Origin: Clostridia bacterium
Lineage (GTDB): Bacteria > Bacillota > Peptococcia > DRI-13 > UBA5745
Assembly: GCA_018436095.1 (NCBI GenBank)
Contig: JAHDMJ010000009.1
Location: forward strand, 128,888 to 192,887
DNA length: 64,000 bases
Direction of reading: 5' to 3'
Shown here: positions 45,797 through 56,500 of the stretch, piece after piece
Position numbering within the stretch: the stretch's first letter is position 1
Layout of the letters: each line of letters begins with the position of its first letter
Position numbers and translations under genes: made by a program
Notes under the pieces: generated by a model
The model's database searches: none
Seen by the model: only the letters and a program-made list of their open reading frames with translations
Told to the model about the DNA's origin: nothing

Positions 45797-47467
45797 ATGT
45801 TAGAACGTTTGCTGATTAAACAATTTGCTATTATTGATCAATTGGAAATCGACTTTGGGTCGCCTTTTACCGTATTAACCGGTGAGACCGGAGCAGGGAA
45901 GTCCATTTTGATCGACGCCGTGGCCATTTTGCTGGGAGGCCGCAGCTCCAGTGAAATGATCCGCCACGGTGCGGAAAAGGCCTATATTGAGGGAGTTTTT
46001 TCTTTTGCCGCCGAACACCCCGTTCATCAGCTTTTGGCTGAAGGGGGCTGGGCGGAAGAGGGAGAGGATTCTTTTACTCTCAGCCGGGAATTGAACGCCG
46101 GCGGTAAAAACCCCTGCCGCATCAACGGCTGCACTGTAAGTTTAAATGCTTACCGTCAAATTGCTGCAGGACTTCTGGACATTCATGGCCAGCATGAATA
46201 CCAGCAATTAATGCAAAGTCAAAAACAAATGGATATTTTGGATGCTTACGGCGCCGGTCCCTTGGCCCACCTCAAAAACCAGGTGAAAGAAGCCTGTGGA
46301 AGCTGGCGAACTCTGGAAGAAAAGCTGGCCAGCGCCCGGGAAAACCAGCAGGCTTTTGCGGCAAAAAAAGATTTTCTCGAATATCAACTTAAAGAAATCG
46401 ACGAGGCCAAGCTTGAGCCGGGAGAAGAGGAGGAGCTGGCCGCCGAAATCCAGCGCCTTTCCCATAGTCAAAAAATACTGAAGCATTTGGATAAAGCTTA
46501 CTCTCTGCTTTTCGATTTAAAAGAAAGCGAGCCGGCCTACGATTTATTGGCTAAGGCTCTACATCAGTTGCGGGATTTAGGCAAATACGATCCTGAGCTT
46601 ACCGGCATTTACGACCGGCTGGAACCGGCTTCATATATATTGGATGAGATATCCCGGGAAATCCACCGCTATAAGGATCAGATGGATTTATCGCCCACCC
46701 GTCTGGAAGAGGCGGAAAACCGTCTTTATAAAATTAAAGCTCTTGGCAAAAAATATGGTGAAGGTACGGAAGCTATCCTAAAGCACCGCCAAAAAGCGGC
46801 GGAAGAGCTTTTGACCATGGAAGATTTTCTGACCAAAGAAGAAGAGTGGCAGGAAGAAGCCGCTAAAGCACAAAAGCTTTATTTCCAATTGGCAGAAGAA
46901 CTGAGCCGTCAAAGAAAAGAGATTACCAAACATCTGGAAGAGCAAATTGACAGTGAATTTCTGGACCTGGCCATGAAGTCCGCCCATTTTAAAGTGGATA
47001 TTCAAAAGCAGCAGCCGGGGCCCAAAGGCTTTGACGCCATTGAATTTCTTATTTCCACCAATTCCGGCGAGCCTTATTTGCCTTTGGCCAAAATCGCTTC
47101 CGGCGGTGAACTCTCCCGGATTACCTTGGCTATGAAAAGAATTTTGGCCGCCACCGATACCTGCGAGACCTTGATCTTTGACGAGATCGATTCCGGCGTG
47201 GGCGGCGCCACCGTACAAGCCGTAGCCGATAAGCTCCTTTCCATCAGCGCCAGCCAGCAGGTAATCTGTGTAACGCACTCGCCGATTATTGCTGCCAAAG
47301 CCGGCCAGCATTTCTTTTTGGCAAAGGAGGAAAGGGCAGGAAGAACCAGAACCGGCATTAAGGAGCTGACCGGTGAGGACAGAGTCCAGGAATTAATGAG
47401 AATGTTGGGCGGCGACACCACTTCCGACGATTTAAAACGCCATGCGGCGGCTATGCTAAAAAGGTAA
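45797..47467 (+). CDS. recN: DNA repair protein RecN
   Basis: Walker A GETGAGKSIL, coiled-coil middle, ASGGELSRITLA signature, IFDEIDSG. Confidence 0.97.
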   Translation: MLERLLIKQFAIIDQLEIDFGSPFTVLTGETGAGKSILIDAVAILLGGRSSSEMIRHGAEKAYIEGVFSFAAEHPVHQLLAEGGWAEEGEDSFTLSRELNAGGKNPCRINGCTVSLNAYRQIAAGLLDIHGQHEYQQLMQSQKQMDILDAYGAGPLAHLKNQVKEACGSWRTLEEKLASARENQQAFAAKKDFLEYQLKEIDEAKLEPGEEEELAAEIQRLSHSQKILKHLDKAYSLLFDLKESEPAYDLLAKALHQLRDLGKYDPELTGIYDRLEPASYILDEISREIHRYKDQMDLSPTRLEEAENRLYKIKALGKKYGEGTEAILKHRQKAAEELLTMEDFLTKEEEWQEEAAKAQKLYFQLAEELSRQRKEITKHLEEQIDSEFLDLAMKSAHFKVDIQKQQPGPKGFDAIEFLISTNSGEPYLPLAKIASGGELSRITLAMKRILAATDTCETLIFDEIDSGVGGATVQAVADKLLSISASQQVICVTHSPIIAAKAGQHFFLAKEERAGRTRTGIKELTGEDRVQELMRMLGGDTTSDDLKRHAAAMLKR

Positions 47468-47471
47468 ATTC

Positions 47472-47632
47472 AGTGCTCTGTAACCCCTAAAAATTCACAT
47501 CTGCTTGCCTATTTTTCCAATTGCTGCGTTGTCGTCTCTCACCATAGCTGCCGGCTATGCCTCGATCCTCCGCCTTGCACCTGGAAAAATATTCTGCGCA
47601 TCTGTGACAATTTTTAGGAGTCACAAAGCACT
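47472..47632. repeat. 161-nt imperfect palindrome
   Basis: The outer arms 47472-47504 and 47598-47632 pair with 5 mismatches and a 2-nt bulge. There is an inner 10-bp helix (47510-47519 with 47582-47591) and an apical hairpin CATAGC-TGCCG-GCTATG (47543-47559). Confidence 0.85.
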
Positions 47633-47733
47633 TAGAAAAAATAAGCAATATAATTATGAGCTTTCCTGGTTAATTTAAGAAGGTAAACACCCCAAAAAAC
47701 TTTTGGGAAGGTATGCCGGGCCGGGAGGTTCAC

Positions 47734-48990
47734 TTGCAAAAACCAAAGCAGTTGGCAGTATTTGTTTCAATTCTCTTCCTTCTATTGTTTTCAGCCGGAA
47801 GCACCCAGCAGGCGGGAAAGCTGGTCTCACCTATGGCCGACAAAAACCTTGTGGGCCTCGGCAGAATGGAATTTGACGGTTTTGGCTTATTCCCGCTAAA
47901 AAATGTGGCCGTTAAGCCGAAAGAAACCATTTATTTGGTTCCCGGCGGCCATTCCATCGGTGTTTTAGTAAGATCCGAGGGCGTTATGGTAGTCGGTTTC
48001 TCACCGGTTATTATCACCGCCGATCAGGTGGTTTATCCCGCCAAGGAAGCCGGCTTTAAAGCCGGCGATATGATCTTGGCCATCGATGGAACCAAGGCGG
48101 AAAGTGATGATCAGGTCAGAGAGCTGATTACCAAGTTCAGTCAGGATAAGGACGAAGTCCTCTTTCAGGTCAACCGCAGCGGCAAAACAATAGAAATAAG
48201 AGTAAAGCCGGAGTATTGCACCGAAACAAAAAGCCGCCGTATCGGCTTATTTGTCAGGGACAATACCGGAGGCGTAGGCACATTGACGTATTTTCATCCG
48301 GAAACCAGCGTTTATGGCGCCTTAGGCCATGTAATTACCAACGGTAAATCTGCGGAGCCCATCAGTATATCTCAAGGCCGGATTCTTACTGCGCAAATAG
48401 ATGAAATTCATGCCGGAACTGCCGGTACGCCAGGCGAGAAAGTGGGATCCTTCATTGAAGATACTGATTTCGGCAGCGTAGAGATCAACAATACTTGCGG
48501 TATTTACGGCAAACTGTCGGCCCCTTTGGAAAATCCTCTTTTTCCTGTTCCCCTGGCGGCAGCCTATTCCCATCAAATCTCGGTAGGACCTGCCAAAATC
48601 CTGACGGTTGTGGCAGGCCAGGAAATCCAGGCTTATGATATTGCCATATTAAGGCTTTTGCCGGGCCGCAGCGACGGTAAAAACATGATTATTGAGATCA
48701 CCGACAAAAGTCTGCTGGCAAAGACAGGCGGTATTATACAAGGGATGAGCGGCAGCCCTATTATCCAAAACAACCGGATTGTCGGCGCCGTCACTCACGT
48801 CTTTGTTAATGACCCCAGCCGCGGTTACGGGGTGTTTATCGAAAATATGCTGAAGGAGTCTGGTATCCTTCCCGAAGCAACAGAAACCCTGGGGAATTTA
48901 CCCCAGGGTTTCTCTTTGCAAAATTTATTGCAAATTTTCCCTTCAATGGTGGTTTATAGGCAGGAAAATTTTCCCTTTTGTCGAATATAG
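47734..48990 (+). CDS. spoIVB: SpoIVB peptidase (S55) with PDZ domain
   Basis: PDZ region (GFKAGDMILAIDG) and the catalytic Ser motif GGIIQGMSGSPII. TTG 47734 lies 5 nt after GGGAGG; the listed ATG 47713 has essentially no SD spacing. Confidence 0.9.
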   Translation: MQKPKQLAVFVSILFLLLFSAGSTQQAGKLVSPMADKNLVGLGRMEFDGFGLFPLKNVAVKPKETIYLVPGGHSIGVLVRSEGVMVVGFSPVIITADQVVYPAKEAGFKAGDMILAIDGTKAESDDQVRELITKFSQDKDEVLFQVNRSGKTIEIRVKPEYCTETKSRRIGLFVRDNTGGVGTLTYFHPETSVYGALGHVITNGKSAEPISISQGRILTAQIDEIHAGTAGTPGEKVGSFIEDTDFGSVEINNTCGIYGKLSAPLENPLFPVPLAAAYSHQISVGPAKILTVVAGQEIQAYDIAILRLLPGRSDGKNMIIEITDKSLLAKTGGIIQGMSGSPIIQNNRIVGAVTHVFVNDPSRGYGVFIENMLKESGILPEATETLGNLPQGFSLQNLLQIFPSMVVYRQENFPFCRI

Positions 48991-49020
48991 ATTACATAAA
49001 ATACCAAAGGAGGAAAAATC

Positions 49021-49815
49021 ATGGGCAATGACAAACTTAGAGTCTTAATCGTAGACGACAGCAGGGATTTTGTAGAGATGGTAAGTACTTATCTAAGCAG
49101 CTCCGATTATGCCGAAGTGGTAGGCGTAGCTTACAATGGCAGAGAGGGCCTGCAGCAAATCAATGCTTTGGCTCCCGACGCCGTGATTTTGGATATCGTT
49201 ATGCCTCATCTTGACGGCATCGGCGTCCTGGAAGCCCTAAACCAGAAGAATATTGATGAGAAACCCGCCATTATCGTCGTTACCGGTTACAGTAATGATG
49301 CAATGAATCAGCGGGTACTGGATCTGGGTATAAATTATCTGATGCTTAAGCCCTTTGAATTGGACTCCTTGGGCAGCAGATTGCGGCAGCTTAAAAGCAG
49401 CCCCGCATCCCGGCAGCCTATGGCGGCATCACCGGCTATGCCGGCTATGGCTCCCGCCCGGCGCAGTATGGATTATGAAGTTACCAATATCATTCACCAA
49501 ATGGGAGTACCGGCCCACATCAAAGGTTACCAATATTTGCGGGATGCTATTTTGCTGGTAATCAGCGAAGTCAATCTTTTGGGAGCAGTGACAAAAGAAT
49601 TGTATCCGATGATTGCCGAAAAGTATAACACCACCCCCAGCCGGGTAGAGCGGGCTATCCGCCATGCCATCGAGCTGGCCTGGGACAGAGGCAATGTGGA
49701 ACTGATGAGCCGTTATTTTGGCTACACCATCAATCTGGAAAAGGGCAAACCTACCAATAGCGAATTTATCGCTATGGTGGCTGACCGGCTGCGGATTGGC
49801 CTGATGGCTAGCTGA
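49021..49815 (+). CDS. spo0A: sporulation master regulator Spo0A
   Basis: Receiver domain ([14 protein letters not shown]) and the Spo0A-specific C-terminal [19 protein letters not shown]...[10 protein letters not shown]. Confidence 0.97.
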   Translation: MGNDKLRVLIVDDSRDFVEMVSTYLSSSDYAEVVGVAYNGREGLQQINALAPDAVILDIVMPHLDGIGVLEALNQKNIDEKPAIIVVTGYSNDAMNQRVLDLGINYLMLKPFELDSLGSRLRQLKSSPASRQPMAASPAMPAMAPARRSMDYEVTNIIHQMGVPAHIKGYQYLRDAILLVISEVNLLGAVTKELYPMIAEKYNTTPSRVERAIRHAIELAWDRGNVELMSRYFGYTINLEKGKPTNSEFIAMVADRLRIGLMAS

Positions 49816-49873
49816 AAAGCAGACCTGCCGGAGAGTTTATCTGAAAAGAAGACAGAAGAGCAGGAATAAAGAC

Positions 49874-49953
49874 AAGAGCAGGAGTAAACAGTATGTAAAA
49901 CGGAAGAAGGTCTGGTAAAAATATTATTGTACAAAATGTTTACTCCTGCTCTT
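49874..49953. other. perfect 17-bp long-range stem
   Basis: AAGAGCAGGAGTAAACA (49874-49890) pairs with TGTTTACTCCTGCTCTT (49937-49953), with a 46-nt loop. Confidence 0.8.
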
Positions 49954-49963
49954 AACATGTCCG

Positions 49964-50023
49964 AGAGTATTGTCTCACTGCACATTAGTATTATTGCACC
50001 AAATTTCAAGGGGACAATACTCT
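49964..50023. other. perfect 11-bp long-range stem
   Basis: AGAGTATTGTC (49964-49974) pairs with GACAATACTCT (50013-50023), with a 38-nt loop. Confidence 0.75.
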
Positions 50024-50078
50024 TGTAATATACGTTCTTTTCCCCACATACAATATGATATGAGCGGGAGGAGAACGT

Positions 50079-50693
50079 ATGTTTTTATTGCGGCGTTTAT
50101 TTGACGGCAAATATATCAGCCGGCCCTGGCTGCTGCTTTTAGCCTGTCTTTGCCTGATCACCGGTTTGTTTATGGGTTTTTTGGGGGCGGGAAAACTCAA
50201 CGGCAGCGAGTTGGCCGGGCTTGACAGCACATTGAAAGGCTATATGCAATACCTGGGCGGAGACGGCAGCGGCCATGTTTTTTGGCAAAGCCTGACCAAG
50301 CAAGGAACCCTTGTTTTGCAGCTTCTGCTTTTCGGCACTTCCATCATTGGGCTGCCCCTGATTATGGCTACCTTGTTTGTCCGGGGGTTTGGATTAGGCT
50401 ATACTTGCAGCGTCATCCTGCAAACCAGTCTGGGAGGCGGCTGGCCTATGCTGTTCCTTGGCGTATTGCCCCATACCCTGCTGGCTATACCGCTGTGCTT
50501 GATGGCAGCCGTTTGGTGCGGCGATTGGTCTTTGGATCTTTTAATGGGAACGGGAGAGGCTTTTCGGCAAACGGAAAAATACAAAGGCCTCAGCTACCGC
50601 CTTCCCATGATTCTCTTCTTTTTTATCTTTGCTTTGGTCACTTCTTTGGTGGAAGGATATTTAAGCCCTTTCCTGCTCAGTTTACTGGCCTAA
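50079..50693 (+). CDS. spoIIM: stage II sporulation protein M
   Basis: 204-aa polytopic membrane protein next to xerD and deoB, matching the B. subtilis deoB-xerD-(fur)-spoIIM neighbourhood. GGGAGGAG SD. Confidence 0.75.
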   Translation: MFLLRRLFDGKYISRPWLLLLACLCLITGLFMGFLGAGKLNGSELAGLDSTLKGYMQYLGGDGSGHVFWQSLTKQGTLVLQLLLFGTSIIGLPLIMATLFVRGFGLGYTCSVILQTSLGGGWPMLFLGVLPHTLLAIPLCLMAAVWCGDWSLDLLMGTGEAFRQTEKYKGLSYRLPMILFFFIFALVTSLVEGYLSPFLLSLLA

Positions 50694-50767
50694 AGGCAAA
50701 ATTTATACCGGTATATTCTATTCTTTTCACTTATGTCATAGGTTAGTGCTGGAAGGAGGGACTACAA

Positions 50768-50989
50768 TTGAAGATCTATGTCGTTCAAGATTGGCGCAAG
50801 AAACTAAAAATCGGCCTGATTATCCTCGCTGCTGTCATTTTATTACTCTCTATACTGAGCATATGGGGCGGCACCGCTAAGCAAACCATTACCGATCCCG
50901 ATACTCAACAGCTGCAGCAGGATGTATTGACTCAGCCCCTCAGAGTTCAGGCGGTACCGGATACGGCCAAAGGAGAAATTCCATCATGA
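50768..50989 (+). CDS. hypothetical small membrane protein
   Basis: 73-aa ORF with a TTG start, one TM segment and a GGAGGG SD upstream. No family recognised. Confidence 0.4.
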   Translation: MKIYVVQDWRKKLKIGLIILAAVILLLSILSIWGGTAKQTITDPDTQQLQQDVLTQPLRVQAVPDTAKGEIPS

Positions 50990-51043
50990 AAAAAGGAAAA
51001 CTTCCAATTGCGTGGAATTAATGCATTTGGAGGTTTTTGCTTT

Positions 51044-51940
51044 ATGGATATGGAGCAGGCTATTGAAGAGTTTATTCAATATTTGACTGTTGAAATAGGT
51101 TTGGCAGAGAGCACGGCTAAGGGTTACCGGGGCGATCTGCGAAACCTCTTAGTTTTTCTGGAGCAAAAGGAAATCCCTCAATGGTCTATGGTTGACCTGC
51201 CCTTATTGACCGGCTACTTCCATCAGCTGCGCAGCAAGGGAATAAGTCCGGCTACCTTATCCAGAAAACTGGCAGCCATCCGCAGTTTCCTGCGCTATTT
51301 AAAAAAAGAAAAATGGATAGACGCCGATCCGGGAATTTTTTTGGACAATCCCAGAAAGGATATTGTCTTACCAAAGGCTTTATCCAACGAAGAGATTGAA
51401 GTGATACTCAACACCTTAAATCCCCCCAAAGACTTGGCGGCTATTCGGGATCTGGCTGTGCTGGAGCTGCTGTATGCCAGCGGCCTGCGCATATCGGAAC
51501 TGGTCAACCTGCAATTGAAAGATATCGATCTGGACTTAGGCTATTTGCGTTGTCTGGGTAAGGGCAATAAGGAAAGGGTGGTACCCGTAGGCGAAAAAGC
51601 TATTTTAGCGGTGCGAAATTATCTTGCTGCAGCCAGGCCCCAATTAGTATCCCGGCCTTCTGAACGCACGCTGTTTCTCAACCGCCGGGGCAAAGGCCTT
51701 AGCCGTCAATGGTTTTGGTCCATGATCAAGGAACGGGCCCGGCAGGCAGGCATCGAAAAATCAGTGAGCCCCCATACCTTCCGCCACTCCTTTGCCACCA
51801 GCCTCCTGATTGGCGGCGCCGACCTCCGTTCTGTTCAGGAGCTTTTAGGTCATGCCGATGTGTCCACCACCCAGGTGTATACCCATCTATCGGACCAGCG
51901 CTTAAAAGAAGCTTACAAAAAAAGCCATCCCCGGGCCTGA
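51044..51940 (+). CDS. xerD: site-specific tyrosine recombinase XerD
   Basis: IEEFIQYLTVEIGLAESTAKGYRGDL N-terminus, RISELVNL, HTFRHSFATSLL and LLGHADVSTTQVYTHL catalytic motifs. Confidence 0.9.
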   Translation: MDMEQAIEEFIQYLTVEIGLAESTAKGYRGDLRNLLVFLEQKEIPQWSMVDLPLLTGYFHQLRSKGISPATLSRKLAAIRSFLRYLKKEKWIDADPGIFLDNPRKDIVLPKALSNEEIEVILNTLNPPKDLAAIRDLAVLELLYASGLRISELVNLQLKDIDLDLGYLRCLGKGNKERVVPVGEKAILAVRNYLAAARPQLVSRPSERTLFLNRRGKGLSRQWFWSMIKERARQAGIEKSVSPHTFRHSFATSLLIGGADLRSVQELLGHADVSTTQVYTHLSDQRLKEAYKKSHPRA

Positions 51941-51967
51941 TCCGGAATTTTACGAGGAGGATATAAC

Positions 51968-53137
51968 ATGAAAACTATCTTAATTGTTTTAGACAGCGTG
52001 GGTGTTGGAGCTCTGCCCGACGCCGGGGAATACGATCCGGAGCCCGGCAATACCTTAGGCAATATCGCCGGGGCTGTGGGCGGCTTAACCATGCCCTTTA
52101 TGGAAAGCTTAGGCTTGGGCAAGGTCACCGAGGTCAAAGGCCTGCGGCAGGATCTGGCGGCTTTGGGGGCCTATGGCAAAATGGCTTCGCAAACCAAGGG
52201 GAAGGATACTACAGCCGGCCATTGGGAGATTGCCGGCCTGCTGCTGGACAAGCCCTTGCCCACATTTCCCGAAGGCTTTCCCGATGATTTTATCCTGGAT
52301 TATCAGGAAGCTATCGGCCGTCTGACCTTAGGCAATGTGGTGGCCTCCGGCACAGAAATTATTGAGCGCCTGGGCGCCGTCCATATGGAAACGGGCTATC
52401 CCATCATTTATACATCGGCGGACAGCGTTTTTCAGCTGGCGGCCCATGAGGAAGTGGTTCCTTTACACCAGCTATACCAATGGTGTGAAACCGCCAGAAA
52501 TTTGTTAAAGGACGACCTGGGCGTAGGCCGGGTGATTGCCCGGCCCTTTATCGGTAAACCCGGCAATTTTACCCGCACCGCCAACCGTCATGATTATTCT
52601 TTGCGGCCCATAGGCCCCACCGTCTTGGAAGGCCTGGCGGCAGCAGGCAAGCAAGTATTGGCCGTAGGCAAAATCAAGGATATCTATGCCGGCTACGGCA
52701 TCACCGGCCACCGGCCCACAGTTTCCAATGCCGACGGTATTGCCGCCACCTTTCAGATGCTGGACCAGTTGCAGGATGGCCTGATCTTTACCAATTTGGT
52801 AGACTTTGACATGATTTACGGCCACCGCAACAACCCCCAGGGCTATGGCCAGGCTTTGGAAGAAGCTGACCGGCTCCTGGCTCCCTTAGCCAAGCGCTGT
52901 GAGGAGGAAGGGGTCATGCTGATGATCACGGCAGATCACGGCAATGATCCCACCACCGCTGATACGGATCATAACCGGGAATATGTGCCGATTTTAGCTT
53001 GCGGCGGCGGCCTTAAAAAAGGTGTTGAGTTAGGAACCCGGGAAACCTTTGCCGATATTGCCGCCACTTTGGCGGAACGCCATCAGATCTCCTGGAGCGG
53101 CCCGGGAAAGAGCTTTTATTCTTTAATCAAAGAATAG
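51968..53137 (+). CDS. deoB: phosphopentomutase
   Basis: LDSVGVGALPDA N-terminus and ITADHGNDPT motif. Confidence 0.95.
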   Translation: MKTILIVLDSVGVGALPDAGEYDPEPGNTLGNIAGAVGGLTMPFMESLGLGKVTEVKGLRQDLAALGAYGKMASQTKGKDTTAGHWEIAGLLLDKPLPTFPEGFPDDFILDYQEAIGRLTLGNVVASGTEIIERLGAVHMETGYPIIYTSADSVFQLAAHEEVVPLHQLYQWCETARNLLKDDLGVGRVIARPFIGKPGNFTRTANRHDYSLRPIGPTVLEGLAAAGKQVLAVGKIKDIYAGYGITGHRPTVSNADGIAATFQMLDQLQDGLIFTNLVDFDMIYGHRNNPQGYGQALEEADRLLAPLAKRCEEEGVMLMITADHGNDPTTADTDHNREYVPILACGGGLKKGVELGTRETFADIAATLAERHQISWSGPGKSFYSLIKE

Positions 53138-53239
53138 CCATTTGTGCCATTAAATTTAATGCTTTATCAATACAGGGTTTTGTAGTAAAATTGAAAAAAT
53201 GTTATTCTTTGATTAAGATAGGGAGCGGAGGAGATAAGC

Positions 53240-53599
53240 ATGCAAGGATACCTGGTTTTAACCTTAATCTTTGCCATTATCGTAGCTTTATTTGCCATTC
53301 AAAATACCACGGTTGTCGTTATTAAATTCCTGTTTTGGGAAGCCAACATTTCCCTGGTGCTGGTGATTCTGGGGGCTGTGGCCGCCGGCGCCATCATGCT
53401 TTTTCTGATCAACCTGATTAAGCAAATCGGCATCAACCGGGAACGCAAAGAGCTGACCCGGCAAAACACCCGGCTGATGAAAGAGAAAGAGGAGCTGGAA
53501 AAGCTTTTGGCCGATAAGGACAGCATCATCGAAGAAAAGGAGCAAGCTTTGCAGGAAAAAATCCAGCAACCAATAGAGACCAACGATGACCCAGCATAG
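53240..53599 (+). CDS. LapA/DUF1049-like membrane protein with a coiled-coil tail
   Basis: Two N-terminal TM segments (AIQNTTVVVIKFLFWE pattern), then a K/E-rich helix. Confidence 0.6.
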   Translation: MQGYLVLTLIFAIIVALFAIQNTTVVVIKFLFWEANISLVLVILGAVAAGAIMLFLINLIKQIGINRERKELTRQNTRLMKEKEELEKLLADKDSIIEEKEQALQEKIQQPIETNDDPA

Positions 53600-56500
53600 G
53601 AAATGGCAGATACAGGGAGATGTTTCCGCCTTAGGATTGACTCCTACAGGGCCTTTGGGGCTATTGCCCCTGACGGCGGAGCTGCTGGCCCTGAGGGGTT
53701 ATCAAGGAGAAGAAGCCCAGAAAGAATTCTTAAATCACAAGGGTCTGCAAAATTTATCGGATTTTTGGCGGCTGCCGGATATGGCCCAGGCCGTAGAAAT
53801 CATCAGGGACGCCATTATAAAAGAAAAGAAAATCTGCATATTTGGTGACTATGATGCGGATGGAATGACTGCTACCGCCTTGTTGATCAAAGCTTTAGCG
53901 TCTTTGGGCAACAAGGCGGATTATTATATTCCTCACCGTCTGGATGAAGGATACGGCTTAAATAGGGAAGCCCTGCGCATCGTCAAAGAACGGGGAGCAG
54001 AGCTTTTGATTACCGTGGATTGCGGCATATCTGCCGTGGAAGAAGCAGCCTATGCCAAAGATCTGGGATTGGCATTGATCATTACCGATCATCACCGTCC
54101 CCCCCAGGTTTTGCCGGAGGCCGCGGCGACGATAAATCCGGAGCTGATGGCGGAGCCGGGAAAAAGCCGGGGTTTAGCCGGAGCCGGCGTAGCCTTTGCT
54201 TTGGCCGCCTGCTTGTATAAAAGGCTGGGTGGCCGGAATGAATTGCCGGAGTTGTCCCAATTGGCAGCCATCGGTACTTTGGCCGACGGTATGCCGCTGA
54301 CGGGAGATAATCGGATTCTGGTTGCCGAAGGACTGGCCCAGATTAATAAAAACCCTTTGCCGGGTATTAAAGCTTTGCTTAAAACCAGCGGCTTGGAGGA
54401 AAAAACCATCAGCGGCGGTCATGTTACCTTTACTCTGGCTCCAAGACTCAATGCCGCCGGCCGCATGGGAGACCCTTCCCTGGGAGTAAAGCTGCTTTTG
54501 GCTCAGGACATGATAACGGCCCAGCCTTATGCCTGTGAGCTGGAAGCGGTCAATAAAAGCCGTCAGGAAATGGAGGGCAGAATCCTGGAGGAAATTCTGG
54601 ACCGCCTGGACAAAGACCCTTCTTTGGCTGCCAAGCCTATACTCGTTTTAGCCGGTGAAGACTGGCACATGGGGGTTATCGGCATCACCGCCGCCCGCCT
54701 GCTGGAACGCTTTGGCCGCCCGGCAATTCTCATCTCTTTTGACCAGGAGGGCGTGGGCAGGGGCAGCGGCAGAAGCCTGCCGGGCTGCAACCTCCATGAA
54801 GCTTTAACCGAGCATGCCGGCATGCTGCTGGCCTTCGGCGGCCATGAGCTGGCCTGCGGCTTCCAATTAACTCGGGACAACTTTGAGGTTTTTCGGGAGA
54901 AGCTGGAAAATTACAGCGCCAGCCGCTGGCTCCTTAGAGAAGGCCAAAACGGCAAAGTACAAACAGCGGATTTAACCGTGTCTTTCGATCAATTAACTTT
55001 GGCCGCCCTTGAAGAATTGGAGCTTTTAGCTCCCTTTGGCGCCGAAAATCCCCAGCCTCTGCTGGTGCTGCGGGCCATGGAGCTAATGGAGTTAAAGGCG
55101 CTGGGCCAGGAACGGCGCCATTACAAATTGTTCTTTCGTCCTGCCGGCTTGGCCGGCGACAAAAGGCCCAACCGCAAAAAATCTCAGGACCTGGTGGCTA
55201 TTGCTTTTTCCATGGAGGAAAATATTTTCTATCCTCAGCCGGGGCAGATCTACGACTTATTATTCCAGCCGGAGATCAACCAGTGGCAGGGCCGCCGGAC
55301 AGTTCAAGCTTTGCTGAGAGATTTCCGCCTCTCTCTCAGGGAAAATGAACCGCTTCAGGAAGACGAGGACCTCAATCCCAGGCTCACTGCCAAAGACTGG
55401 ACCTGCTATCAAAAGGAGATTTTAGGGGAAGGTTTTTACCGGCCCAAACAAATAGAAGCTTTGGAAGCTCTGGCAGCAGGAGAAAACACCCTGCTGGTCA
55501 TGGCCACCGGCCGTGGCAAAACCGCGGTTTTTCAAACAGCCGCAGCAGCCCTCAACCAAGGTTCCATCGCCATCTTTATCTATCCTTTGCGCTCCTTGGC
55601 CAGAGACCAGGAACGCCGCATGGCCAAAACCCTGGAACCTCTGGGTATCCATACGGCCCTGGCCTGGGGAGGCTTGGATCATTGGCAAAAAAAAGACTTC
55701 TTTAAGAACCTTTATCAGGGAAATATTCGGCTGATTATCACTACCGCTGAATTTTTACAAGCTCATTTGGAGAAATTTAAACCAGTGGCAGAGCGGATCG
55801 GCTTGTTCGTGGCGGATGAAGCCCACCATCTGGGGATGAGCCACCGCCAGGCCTACAAGGAGCTGGCAAACACCTGGCGAAGCCTGGGCCGGCCCCTGTT
55901 CCTTGCTACTACGGCCACAGCTGATGAGGCTTGCGCCGCCAAAATCCTCCGGGATTTTAAGATAGGACGCTTGGTTGCCGAGGAACATTGCCGGGAAAAC
56001 CTGTTTCTGGCAGACGCCAGAGGCAGAGAGGATAAGCTGGCTTATTTGCTGGAAATTATCCAGCCGGAAAGCAAGATAATCGTTTATGTCAACAGCCGCC
56101 GCCTGGCAGAGGAATTGGCCGGACTTTTGCAGGACAGCCTGCCCCAGATGAAGAATAAAATAGCTTATTACCATGGCGGTCTTTTGCCGGCCCTGCGGCA
56201 GTCTATCGAAGGGGCTTTTCTGGCCGGTGACATTTCGGTGCTGGTCAGCACCAGCGCTTTCGGCGAAGGCGCTGATATTCCGGATATCCGGGATGTGGTT
56301 CTTTACCATCTCTGTTTTTCCCGGGCCGAGTACAATCAGCTTTCCGGCCGGGCGGGCAGAGACGGCAAGCCTGCCCGAATACATTTGCTTTATCAGCAGA
56401 AGGACCAGGAGTTAAACCGGCTTCTGCTGAAAGAAGAATCCCCGGACCGGGGTGTTTTAGGCAGCTTTTATCTCTATCTCAGAGAACAGGCCGCCGCCGC

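Noticed and set aside
48979-48985. Perfect Spo0A box TGTCGAA, 36 nt upstream of the spo0A start codon.
   Set aside because: A 7-mer is expected about 8 times by chance on both strands of 64 kb. A single copy, located inside the 3' end of spoIVB, is not sufficient evidence for autoregulation.
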